Shown one piece after another: positions 23,995 through 34,496 of a stretch of 35,329 nt of DNA. A program made the position numbers and the translations under genes. Location: the NCBI GenBank assembly GCA_032718475.1, contig JAUCBJ010001473.1:1-35329 (forward strand). Reading direction: 5' to 3'. The notes beneath the pieces were generated by a model that worked only from the letters and a program-made list of their open reading frames with translations, searched no databases and was not told the DNA's origin. The stretch is from Nemertoderma westbladi. Lineage: Eukaryota > Animalia > Xenacoelomorpha. Each line of letters starts with the position of its first letter. The stretch's first letter is position 1.

Positions 23995-25415
23995 ATGGCA
24001 ACAGTAAGTAAAAGATTTTAGAACATAATAAAAGTAACTGACAGACGTACCGAAGTATCCGAGAGAACCACCGAGAAAGGACTGAATGAGGTTCATAGAG
24101 TCTGTAAACAGGGGAGGATACATGGTCCTAGACGACGAGGGGACTGTGGAGGACAAAGAGGGTTCGAGAAGAGGGTCGGTGGGATCGGCTAGAACCATAC
24201 CACTACTGCATTTGGCTGCGCCAAATGGAGACATATTCCTATTCGATATAGGAACGTACGGCAAGAAGAGCGGGCCGAAGTTAAACAGGTTGCCAAGGGC
24301 GGTGCAAGACCTAGTAAGGAAGAAGACAACGGTGAAAGTGGGATCGGCGATCCGCGACGATGCGGAGAGGATCGTCGGACCGGAGACCCCCAACCTCCTG
24401 GACATGCAAGCAGTCTATATGGCCATGACAGGGCCAGACGGGTTGCGATTGGTAGAGAAGACAGGACATTGAGGAGCAGTGGCGATGGGCCAGCTCATGG
24501 GGCTCGTCTGCCACAAGCCGATGGACTGGGGTAAGTTCCGGGAGGAGTACGGAGCGGAGCTGGCGAACTCGCTGAAGTGGGGAGCGAGGCCAGGGAAACA
24601 GGAGGTGTATCAGTTCCGGAGAGGAGCGATAAAGATATATATCAGAAGAGATATATCCTACAGGAGGATTGGATAATGATAGGTTTACTAAACCTATTCA
24701 TGGCTGTGGTTATCGGAAGAGAGCCGACGGCGTTTCTTCTATCAGGATCACCCCTGAACTACAGAAGGGGACGAGTTGCCTCTACTGCCGCGAGTCGAGC
24801 CATAGGATGGGAGCATGTCCGAGGCTGCACAACTGCTGTTCTAAGTGTAACTTCCGAGGGCACTATGGGCGCCAGTGCGACTGGATGGACAACGAGGAGA
24901 AGTTTAAGATCTTCGAGGAGTGGGCCGACGTCAGTGTTATGACGCGACAGAGGATGAAGGCCCAGGAGTTCCGGTGGGGTTTCTTCAACATCAATCAGGA
25001 AGCCCATCTGGAGATTATCAAGAGGAGACTGCCAATCACATACCAGGAGGTAGCGACAGCGGCGTCGCATGGAGGAGTCATCAACACGCAGAGGTATTTG
25101 GATAGATGGACGCCAGAAAACAGAGGAGAGTTTAGGGATTTTCTGGTGGAACACGTGCCGCAAACCATGAAAATGATCTTGTGGGAAGCTACCAGGGGGA
25201 AGCAGGAGGGGCATTTGGAAAGGCCACCTGGAAAGCGTTACCGGGAGTTAATAACACCAGCACCCAAAGAATCGACCACGGGAATTAGCAAGGCAGTAAC
25301 GGCGAGAATGAGGAGTCTCAGAGAGGACAAACCAGAGGGAAGGAAGCGGCCCAGACAGGACGATGATAGAGGGAATGAACTAAGATGGTTCCCGAAGATG
25401 GGAGGAGCGAACTAG
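23995..25415 (+). pseudogene. Extra ORF: DEDDy-type (WRN/RNase D-like) 3'-5' exonuclease plus two CCHC zinc knuckles; disrupted
   Basis: MVLDDEG (ExoI-like DxE), LLHLAAPNGDIFLFDI, LPRAVQDLVRKKTTVKVGSAIRDDAERI (ExoII-like KVG..I..D), LLDMQ, W..RP. Then CLYCRESSHRMGAC and CSKCNFRGHYGRQC. Split across ORFs 24086-24472, 24479-24676 and 24669-25415. Confidence 0.75.
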
Positions 25416-26102
25416 GACTCGGTGAGGGAGATGTGCGCGTGCCTGGAAGGCACCACATGTGAAATAATACGAACTCCTAAGTGCAAAATAATTAAGTGCA
25501 ATTAGTATGTACGTATGTAATAATCAATATAATTAGAATATAACTAAAATGAATATAATCAAAGTAAGTACTATAGTCATAAATAACCTTTTTCCAACTA
25601 GCTAGTGGGACTGGGGACCAAATGACTATGACAGGAGGACGGGACAATAGATGAATCACACTTCTTGAGTGCGACGGCACAAAAAGGGGGGGGTGGGGCG
25701 AGGCTCGTCAGGGGTGAGTGGAGTGAAACAAGCATGGGTTGAGTATAGGAATATGAGAGAAGTATGGAGAGGAAGTGTTGTGAGAGGAGTGCAATTCAAG
25801 TGTGGGGAGCGAGCAGTAAGAGAGCGAGTAAGGGACAACAGGGTCCGTGAGAGAAAGAGTAGAGTGAGATTAGAGTGAATTCAGAGCGAAGTCATATAAA
25901 ATTGTGTGGAAAGAGAGTCCACAATTGTCTCGAACAGAGATGTCAGATATCTTGGTGCAACATAGCTCGCGATTGCACCAAGGAGGAGTAGCAATAACAT
26001 ACCCAGGGGGGGCGGCCTGGAAAGCCAACCCCGAGAAAAGAACCCCACCCTACACCCGATAGTAGATTGGGTTCCAGCGGAATTGAAGCGCACTTGAGGT
26101 TG

Positions 26103-26140
26103 ATGCTATCTTCTCACCGGGAAGATAGCATGGGAGGGAG
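26103..26140 (+). promoter_or_regulatory. 11-bp hairpin followed by the polypurine tract
   Basis: ATGCTATCTTC-TCACCGG-GAAGATAGCAT, then GGGAGGGAG directly abutting the TG of the 3' LTR at 26141. Confidence 0.9.
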
Positions 26141-26498
26141 TGTAAGCGGATTCAATTCCACTTCATTACCCACCAGAAAATGGGACTAGTGGCATTTTAG
26201 CAATATGTTGGGGATACGAGATTACCAATATTAATCTCGCCTCATAACCAGCATTGGGGGGGGGGGGGGGCGACACAAGCCCCAAAGCCACAGAGAAAGG
26301 TGAGAGGTCAAACCACCTCAGAGGGGATACAGCTAGTAGAGGCTAGCAGCGGAGGGGAAACACTCCCAGGGAGTGCCAAAGTGACAAGTAGTATATTAGC
26401 CAATAGTGGGGAGGGATGCACGTGATAGGGAACAGGAAAGCATCCATTGGGTAGAGGGCCAAAGGTAGATTAGGAGGTAAACCAATATTCAATGTATT
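26141..26498 (+). repeat. 3' LTR, left part
   Basis: Matches 12917-13272 and stops at the CRE insertion. Confidence 0.95.
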
Positions 26499-26722
26499 GA
26501 TAAAGTATTGATTGGTGGGTTTTTTGACCATGAAAATGGGGTACGTTACGTACTGTACATCAGTATACCACAGTACAGCACAGCAGTACAGTCTTTGATA
26601 CTGCCGACAGCCAGACTGCTTGGCGCCAAACAAACGAGGCAAACATAACGGCGTTTTGATATTGCCGACAACATTTAACCTTCGAGGATTGCGGACATTG
26701 CTAGTTACCAACCAGCACAGGG

Positions 26723-29700
26723 ATGCCCTTTTGTTGCGGATGTGGTATAAACGGAACTTGCAAACGCGGTGCGTGGTGCGCCTGCGTGAGGGCAAGCCGA
26801 GAATGTTGGGACTGCGTTCCCGGCAAGCGAAGACGGTGCATGAACGGCGGAGTCGGTTCGCCGACTACCCAGTCTCAACCCAACCCGATTAGTGATGGAC
26901 AACGAAACCTGCCGGCGCCAGCGATCACGGCCTTCTCCCAGCCGTCTCCATCCGAGTTGGAGAGGGGTGACGATTCCCTCGACGATACGTTGTTGGACAT
27001 GTCTGACAGCGATTGCTCTTTTCACTCGCTGAGCGACACGTTGGTGCCTCGATGTTCCCCTTACCGGGACAGTAAGTCGGCCACATCGAGCCCTGAAGGC
27101 AGAGGGTTGAGTCCGGTTGTCGGTTTGTCCGTCCACATCCACGCGGGTCCGCCTGTCGGTTTGTCTGTCACCACGAGCACGTCTGTCGGTTTGTCTGTCC
27201 CCACGGTTGGGCCGTGCAAGGGTCCCCCAGACCAGATGGGTCCCCCAATTCACAAGGGTCCCCCTGACCAGTTGGGTCCCCCTGACCAGTTGGGGCCCCC
27301 AGACCATTTGGCCCCCCCAGACCAGTGGAGTCCCCCCGTTCACAAGGGTCCCCCCGTTCATAAGGGTCCCCCAGACCAGTTGGGTCCCCAAGACCAGTTG
27401 GGCCCCACAGATCAGCTGGGCCCCCCCGTTAATAAGGGTTCCCCAGACCAGTTGGGTCCCCCCGTTCATAAGGGTGCCCCAGATCAGTTGGGTCCCCCCG
27501 TTCATAAGGGTCCCCCAGACCAGTTGGGTCACCCCGTTCATAAGGGTCCCCAGCCCCCCGTTCATAAAGGTCTCCCAGACCAGTTGGGTCCCCCCGTTCA
27601 TAAGGGCCCCCCTGTTAATACGGGCCCCCCTGTTCAGTTGGGTCCCCCAGACCAGTTGGGTCCCCCCGTTCACAAGGGTCCCCCCGTTCAGTTGGGCCCC
27701 CCAGACCAGTTGGGTCCCCCTGACCAGTTGTGTCCCCCAGACCAGTTGGGTCCCCCAGACCAGTTGGGCCCCCCCGTTCATACGGGTCCCACCGTTCATA
27801 ACGGTCCCCCAGATCAGTTGGGTCCCCCCGTTCATAAGGGTCCCCCAGACCAGTTGGGTCCCCCCTTTCATAAGGGTCCCCCAGACCAGTTGGGTCCCCC
27901 CGTTCATAAGGGTCCCCCCGTTCACAAGGGTCCCCCATTTCCCTTGGGTACCCCAGACCAGTTGGGTCCCCCCGTTCACAATGGTCCCCCATTTCAGTTG
28001 GGTCCCCCAGACCAGATGGGTCCCCCTGTTTACAAAGGTGCCCCCGTTCAGTTGGGCCCCCCAGACCAGTTGGGTCCCTCAGACCAGTTGGGTCCCCCCA
28101 TTCAAAAAGGACCCCCCGTTCACAAGAGTCCCCCCGTTCAGTTGGGTCCCCCAGACCAGTTGGGTCCTCCCGTTCACAAGGGACCTCCCGTTCAAATGTG
28201 TCCCCCAGACCAGTTGGGCCCCCCCCCGACCAGTTGGGCCCCTCCGACCAGTTGGGTCCCCCCATTCATAAGGGTCCCCCAGACCAGTTGGGTCCCCCCG
28301 TTCATAAGGGTCCCCCAGACCAGTTGGGTCCCCCTATACAGCTGGGACCCTCAGACCAAATAGGTCCCCCTGTTCAGTTGGGTCCCCCCATTCATAAGTG
28401 TCCCCCCGCTAAGGTGGGTCCCCCTGACCAGTTGGGTCCCCAAGACCAGTTGGGCCCCCCACATCAGTTGGGTCCCCCAGACCATTTGGGTCCCCCACAC
28501 CAGATGGGTCCCCCCGTTTATAAGGGTCCCCCCGTTCAGTTGGGTCCCTCAGATCAGTTGGGTCCCCCAGACCAGTTGGGTCCCCCCCTTCATATGGGTC
28601 CCCCTGTTCAAAGGGGTTCCAGTACCTTTGACGACACATCGCCCTTCGGCTCACACTGGACTCCCGAAGCACCCCGCAACTCGGACCCCCAAGACCTGAT
28701 GATGAGGGCGTTTGGGGCCCCCTTGGTGGGTAAAGGTGCTCCGCCAGATGGATTGCTCCACCAGTGGAGGAGGGCCACTCAATTACGCGGCTCCAAGTAT
28801 AGACAGCCTGGGGGGGCCGTGGGTCGTGATATGGTTGAGCTGTTGACGTCGGAAGCCACAGCTTTTGTGGCGGGTTTGAGACATAACGTTGCGAACGCGC
28901 GTTCCGAACGGATCCTCCTCGCAGACTCGCTGCTCCTTCACCGGGACCCTAGGGTCATCAAAGCCGCAGATATCCGACGCCTCCTCATCCGCCGACTTGA
29001 AATGTGGAGGTCAGGGCGGCTTGAGGCGCTGCTTCAGGAGGCGGAGCGCTGCTCCAGTAAAGTTGGATCTGGAAGGCAGACCAAAGCCAAGACCCCGGAT
29101 GAGGACAAAGACCACACAGTTCGAGTTTTTACTCGCCTGATGTTGGAGGGCAAAGTGAGGAGCGCGGTTCGGTGGGTCACAAATCGTGAGGGTGGGGGGG
29201 TGTTAGACCCTGATGATGACGCCATCGATGCTGAGGGAAGAAAGGTTAAGGTCATCGACCTTCTTCGTGCCAAGCATCCCCCTGCCTCCCCACCTCCACC
29301 TGAGGCCCTTATCCAACTCGATGAGGACCTCCCTGTCTGGGTCGACGTCGACGTTACTGCCTCCCACATAGAGTCCTCCGCGCGTCGACTCCATGGAGGC
29401 GCTGGACCTGCCGGCTCCGATTCAACCCGCTGGGGCGATTACCTCCTTCGTTACGGCGCCCACAGCGAACGCCTCCGGGACGCGGTTGCTGAGATAGCAC
29501 GTTCCCTTTCCAACGCTGTCGTACCCTGGGAGTCGGTGCGCGCCCTGATGTCCTGTCGTCTGATCGCCCTGGATAAGTGCCCGGGGGTCCGCCCAATCGG
29601 CATCGGGGAGTGTTTACGGCGGATTCTCGGCAGATCCCTGGCCGAAGCAACGGGGGATGACGTCACCGCGACCTGTGGCGCCGAGCAGCTCTCCGCCGGC

Positions 29701-31545
29701 ACGTCAGCCGGCGTCGAGGCCGCCGTCCACACGATGGCGGAGTTGTTTGAGGACCACAAGGAGGACGGCTGGGGAGTTCTCCTCGTCGACGCGTCCAACG
29801 CGTTCAATTCGATGAACCGAACGGCCGCGTTGTGGAACGCTCGTCAGCTGTGGCCCAGGTGCTCACTGTTTTTGTTTAACTGCTACAGGGGGCACAGTAT
29901 GTTAATTATTAGAGGGACCAATGTGGTTCTATTTAGCGAGGAGGGAACCACCCAGGGCGATCCCCTTGCGATGCTGGAGTACTCGACCGGTATACTCCCC
30001 CTCATCCACCACCTGAGAAAGCCCCCCCTCATTCAGAACTGGTTTGCCGATGACTCAGCGGCAGCTGGCAGACTCTTCCTGATCCTGGAATGGTTCAGGG
30101 AACTGAAACGTCACGGCCCCACCCTCGGCTACTATCCGGAACCCACCAAGAGTTACCTCGTCGTAGCTCCACAGTACGAGGAGGAGGCCCGTAGAGTTTT
30201 CGCTGGCCAGGAGATAAATATAGTAACGGGACACCGTTTCCTGGGCGGGTATCTTGGTGGGACTGCAGAGCGATTGGGTTACGTTCAGGCCAAAGTTGCT
30301 GCGTGGGTCGCATCGGTTGATCGTCTCTCAGAGATGGCCGAGACCCAACCCCAAGCCGCGTTCGCTGCCATGGCCGGCTCCCTCCAACGGGAGTGGGCTT
30401 ACCTCCAGCGCGTAACCCCAGACTGTGTCGATGAGTACCAGGTGCTGGAGGACGCGCTGACTGAGCGTTTCCTTCCCGCAGTGTTTGGCGGACCGATCTC
30501 CCCAAACGAGCGTTGTCTGTTCGGCCTCTCACCTCGCACTGCAGGTCTCGGACTGCGGAATCCGGTGTCCGAGGCGGCCCACTCGTTCGATATATCGCGA
30601 GCTGGAACCCGGACCATCGCGCAGTCGTTATTGGGAGATCGGCAGTTCTCGCTCACGGACCACCGTAATTGTTTACAGCGAGTGCGGAAAGAAGGACGGG
30701 ACCAACAGCTCGGAAGGGAGAGGGCTAGTCTGGAGGCCGTGCTGGACGAGTTCCCACAGGGCCGCCGTCGGACGGTCGAGCGCGCCGCCAACTTCCGCTC
30801 CAGTGGGTGGATTTCCTCCCTCCCAATAGCCGAACACCAACTTGATCTCTCCCCCATGGAGTTCCGGGATGCGCTGGCGATCCGGTACGGCCGCCCCCTG
30901 GCGGCGGTGCCGAGTCGGTGCGATGGGTGCGGGGCCGCCTTCGATTTAAACCACGGTTTAAATTGTAAAAAAGGCGGCCTCGTAATCCAAAGACACAACG
31001 AGCTCCGGGATGTGGTCGGTGATCTCGCGGCGCGCGCGTTCGGGCCCCGGAACGTCACCCTCGAGCCGGTGGTCCGCGAACAGCAGGGAGTAGACGGAGC
31101 AGCAGGTCTCCGTTGTGATGTGGGGATTCGGGGTGCGCTAAACCCGCAGACCCAGGCGTTGATCGATATTCGGGTTGTAAACCTTGACGCCGGGTCATAT
31201 GCGGGTCGCACCCCAATGTCTGTCCTGGAGTCGGCCGAGGACCAGAAGAAGAGGCTGTACGCGGACGCAGTGACGGCCCGACGGGGCGACTTCTCGCCGT
31301 TCGTCGCCTCATGCGACGGAGTTCTCGCGCCGCAAGCGAACCATCTTCTCCGTGTGGTGGCAGACCGGCTGCACCGATCGTGGGGGCGGCCCTATAGCGT
31401 CACAATGGGCTGGATCCGTACGCGGGTTCAGTTGGCCATTATTAGAGGGGCCACCCACTGTCTGCGGGGCTCCCGCACCAAGTGGAGAAGCGCTCGGGGG
31501 CCGGATGATGGCGCAGGGCTGCCAGAAAGCTGGCAACCGGTGTAG
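26723..31545 (+). CDS. CRE polyprotein (~1600 aa if one frameshift in a C-run at ~28219-28227 is corrected): Cys-rich N-terminus, GPP repeats, RT, CCHC finger, restriction-like endonuclease
   Basis: MPFCCGCGINGTCKRGAWCACVRASRECWDC; RLIALDKCPGVRPIGIGE; LLVDASNAFN; GTTQGDPLAM; WFADD; CDGCG...HGLNC...RHNELRD; RCDV...DIRV...E..KKRLY...FSPFV. ORFs 26723-28363 and 28198-31545 carry the same repeat frame on either side of the C-run. Confidence 0.92.
27217..28612 (+). repeat. 18-bp coding minisatellite (~75-80 units; PDQLGP / PVHKGP / PVQLGP)
   Basis: Units CCAGACCAGTTGGGTCCC and CCCGTTCATAAGGGTCCC are interspersed throughout. Confidence 0.97.
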
Positions 31546-31738
31546 TACTGTGGTACAATGTAGGTGTATAATAATATATAAACATAAAAACAATCAATTC
31601 AATTTATATTTACTGTGTTTGGTGGTGGTGCAGTTTTAACTGTTTGTTGTTTAAGTTTTTAAATTTCCCGCGATTATTTAGTAGTAATTACACTGTGTTC
31701 TAGATCAATAAAATGGGACACTATATTCAATGTATTAA

Positions 31739-33349
31739 GGGGGGGGTACACCCCCCTATGGACCTTTTTTGCAAATGGCTATAATTTCTGCTTGTGTGTA
31801 ATTTTGTATATTTTATACCTTTCGGGGGATTAACATATGGCCAAAGATTGGGTTCAAAAAAAAAATTTTCAAATTTGCGTCGCCCTCTAGCGGCCACCAG
31901 CGAAATTGTTAATTTCACTAAAAACACTACTAGTCTCACAATTTTGGACGAAAATTTTCTAAACTTAGTTTTTCTGAATCAGCATCCTCGGCTCCACAAA
32001 ACTGATCGGTTACATTTTTATTTAGGTCTTAAATATTTTTTAAATATTATTAACTAATATTAATTATTACTTAATAGATATTAACTAATTTCAAGAAATT
32101 AATATGGCACAATTCAAAATTCTAACCGATAACTTTTGACCAAAACCCGAAAAGAAATCAAACAAAAAAAAAATTTCGAAAATTGGTTAAGAAATGGCTG
32201 AGTAGTAGTATTTTGAATGTGAAAAATACAATTCCGAGATAAACGCATTTAAAGTTTAAGAACAATATATTTCAAATGTTCCCGCTATTTTCAGTACTGG
32301 TATCTCTTATTTTTCCATTGGTTATCCCCTATCCATATTTTGTGATTTCTCAATGGATTTCATGAAATTTGGTTCAAAAAAACCCCTACCCACTTTTAAC
32401 AACCTGTTAAAATAATTTTAGAGTGCTTGCCAAAAAACACTTCGCGCAGCACGTGAACAAATTTCATTTTGGCGAATTGATTTGATCGCATACTATTTCG
32501 TCATTTAGTAATAAATAGTCATGGAATAATGAGACAACCTTAAGAAACATTCAAAATTATATAAAAATTTCCACATAATTTTATAATAAGCCTTTACACA
32601 GAACATTAAGCTTTGCGCAGCACGTGAAACCTTCGCGCAGCACGTGAGACATTTGCGCAGCAGGTGAAGGTTTCACGGAGCACTTAAATTCTTCATAAAG
32701 CACGTTAATTAATCGAGCACCTCGGAATGCTTTTTGATCAGAATGAGAAGCCTTCACGCGGCACATGAAAAGTTTATGCTGCACATGAAGACTTCGCGCA
32801 GCACGTGAATTATTCTCAGAGCCTGCGGAATTTAAAAAAAATAAGTTTATGGTTGTTTCCCAGAATAATTATTACTAGCTATTGTTATATGATTGTTCAC
32901 ATTTGTTATTACTAGTAGAAAACTAGTCCATTGGACAACTGTTCAATAAGTAATACAAAACTCACAAATATCTATTAAATATATATTAATTAAAATTTGA
33001 CGGACATGTTGACAGACAGACAGACATACAAACAGACAGACAGACAGACAAACTGAGAGACAGACTGAGATACAGACATAGTGATTAGATAATTCCAAAT
33101 ATTAAAACAGACATCGACATTAAGAAAAATATTAATGGTAAACATTTCAGATTGCTTATTTTATGCCCTTTTTAATATTTCGACGGACAGACAGACAGAC
33201 ATACAGACGGAAAACCAGCCATTACTCGAGAAGTAAAAGAGATCTCGCTAAGCCGTTTCCAGATTTGAAATCCGCATTAAATTCTACTCTAGATGAAATA
33301 AAAAAACAAAAAATGAAAATTTTGACCTGAGGGGGGGTGTACCCCCCCC
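31739..33349. mobile_element. Non-autonomous DNA transposon with 18-bp TIRs and TTAA TSD (Kolobok-like)
   Basis: TTAA|GGGGGGGGTACACCCCCC ... GGGGGGTGTACCCCCCCC|TTAA. The empty site in the 5' LTR has a single TTAA (GTATTAATCATA). Purine-start termini with a TTAA TSD fit Kolobok rather than piggyBac. No transposase ORF. Confidence 0.88.
32440..32810. repeat. Internal short repeats CTTCGCGCAGCACGTGAA within the DNA transposon
   Basis: Copies near 32440, 32611, 32631, 32651 and 32792, plus degenerate ones. (GACA)n tracts at ~33010-33080 and ~33183-33210. Confidence 0.85.
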
Positions 33350-33644
33350 TTAATCATATATTATCTTACATTACTGGTTTACCGGTCAGTTGTGTTATTC
33401 AGTTCAGTGAGTGCAGACCGGTCATAGTTAATGACCGCCACCGCCATACCGGTAACAATTAATCTGTATTTCTGCTTTTATCTAACTACGTGCTATTATC
33501 GTCCTATATTAACTAATATCGAAAGACCAACAGGAACTCGTTCACTGTTTTCCCGAACGGCCTCGGCCAAAGCTAGTAGCACGATCCCAGCAGAACGGTG
33601 ACGCATACATTTCTAACCCGGTCGGGATCTCCGATCCCGTCACA
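33350..33644 (+). repeat. 3' LTR, right part
   Basis: Matches 13271-13562, ends GATCCCGTCACA and is followed by the TSD TTCTG. Confidence 0.95.
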
Positions 33645-34239
33645 TTCTGATTCTGTTCTATCATGCCCCGAGACCACAAGGGCAAGTCATCCTCGCAGTG
33701 GGATGTCATCCTCAAAGGATTTGCCGAGTCGCGGCAAATTGCTTCTGCTTACTTTTCGAGAGGACAGCATCCCCGTAATCCCGAGGTCAAACTCAAAGTG
33801 GATGCAATATCGAAGTGCAGGATGCACACCAGGATCGGGACTTTGTTTCATCCCACGGGTGCACCATCGACTGAACACTGAATTAAGCTGCAGCTGCGGT
33901 TATCACTATGTCAAGGTTAGTTTCGTTTGTCAGTTTGAATAATTATAAAATATATTATAGGCCTATTCGCCTGACCAAATGGGCGGACAAATAATGTGAC
34001 ATAAAATATGGCATACTTTATGAACGCCCCCTATTAGCTTACCCAAACTGGCAAGTTAATTCGCTTGTTAAAATTGGCAATTACTGTATTGTATTTATTT
34101 TACTATTTATTTTATTATTATTATTATATGTATTTATTTTGTTTTGATTTATTTAATTAGTATTTGATTTTATTTTAACAAACTTTTTTTTAAGAGTGTA
34201 GGCACTTGTTATACTATCATATTATTATTTACTCCATAG

Positions 34240-34496
34240 CCTGAGATTAAATCAACTCCGCCACTGTCTGTAGCTGCACCAGCGCCTCAGACACTGACAC
34301 CGCCTCAGCCTGTTGTGCAACCCCAGTCTCAGCCTCTGGTACCTCCCGTACCACAGACACCAACAGCGAGTGCCCGAACGGTCCCTTCGACCTCAACAAC
34401 CACTATGCCTCCCCCGCCGCCCATGATCTTACCACGAGCTCCAGCTAGGAACCACTGTCCGGAGGGTTGGATTTCAACATTGACGGAGAGCGAGAA
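34240..34496 (+). CDS. Isolated proline/threonine-rich internal exon of an unidentified gene
   Basis: Acceptor TTACTCCATAG|C, 85 open codons (PEIKSTPPLSVAAP...HCPEGWISTLTESE), donor AA|GTGAGT. GC-rich island in AT-rich DNA. Confidence 0.6.

Larger units (their letters stand above)
26499..31722 (+). mobile_element. Apparently full-length CRE-clade (RLE) non-LTR retrotransposon
   Basis: 14-bp TSD ATATTCAATGTATT at 26485-26498 and 31723-31736. One long coding region and AATAAA near the 3' end. Confidence 0.92.
12917..33644 (+). mobile_element. BEL/Pao LTR retrotransposon locus (non-autonomous, composite, with nested insertions)
   Basis: TG...CA LTRs at both ends. 5-bp TSD TTCTG at 12912-12916 and 33645-33649. 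PPT before the 3' LTR. BEL-type Gag, protease and integrase-tail motifs. Confidence 0.95.

Noticed and set aside
23995-25415. env gene at the ORF3 position
   Set aside because: No signal peptide, furin site plus fusion peptide, or clear C-terminal transmembrane anchor; the motifs fit an exonuclease and zinc knuckles.
26705-28271. Long alternative-frame and antisense ORFs (424, 384 and 216 aa)
   Set aside because: By-products of the stop-poor 18-bp minisatellite. Only the PDQLGP frame links the Cys-rich N-terminus to the RT.
27217-28612. Collagen-like host gene
   Set aside because: Gly occurs every sixth residue, not every third, and the tract lies inside a TSD-bounded retrotransposon ORF.
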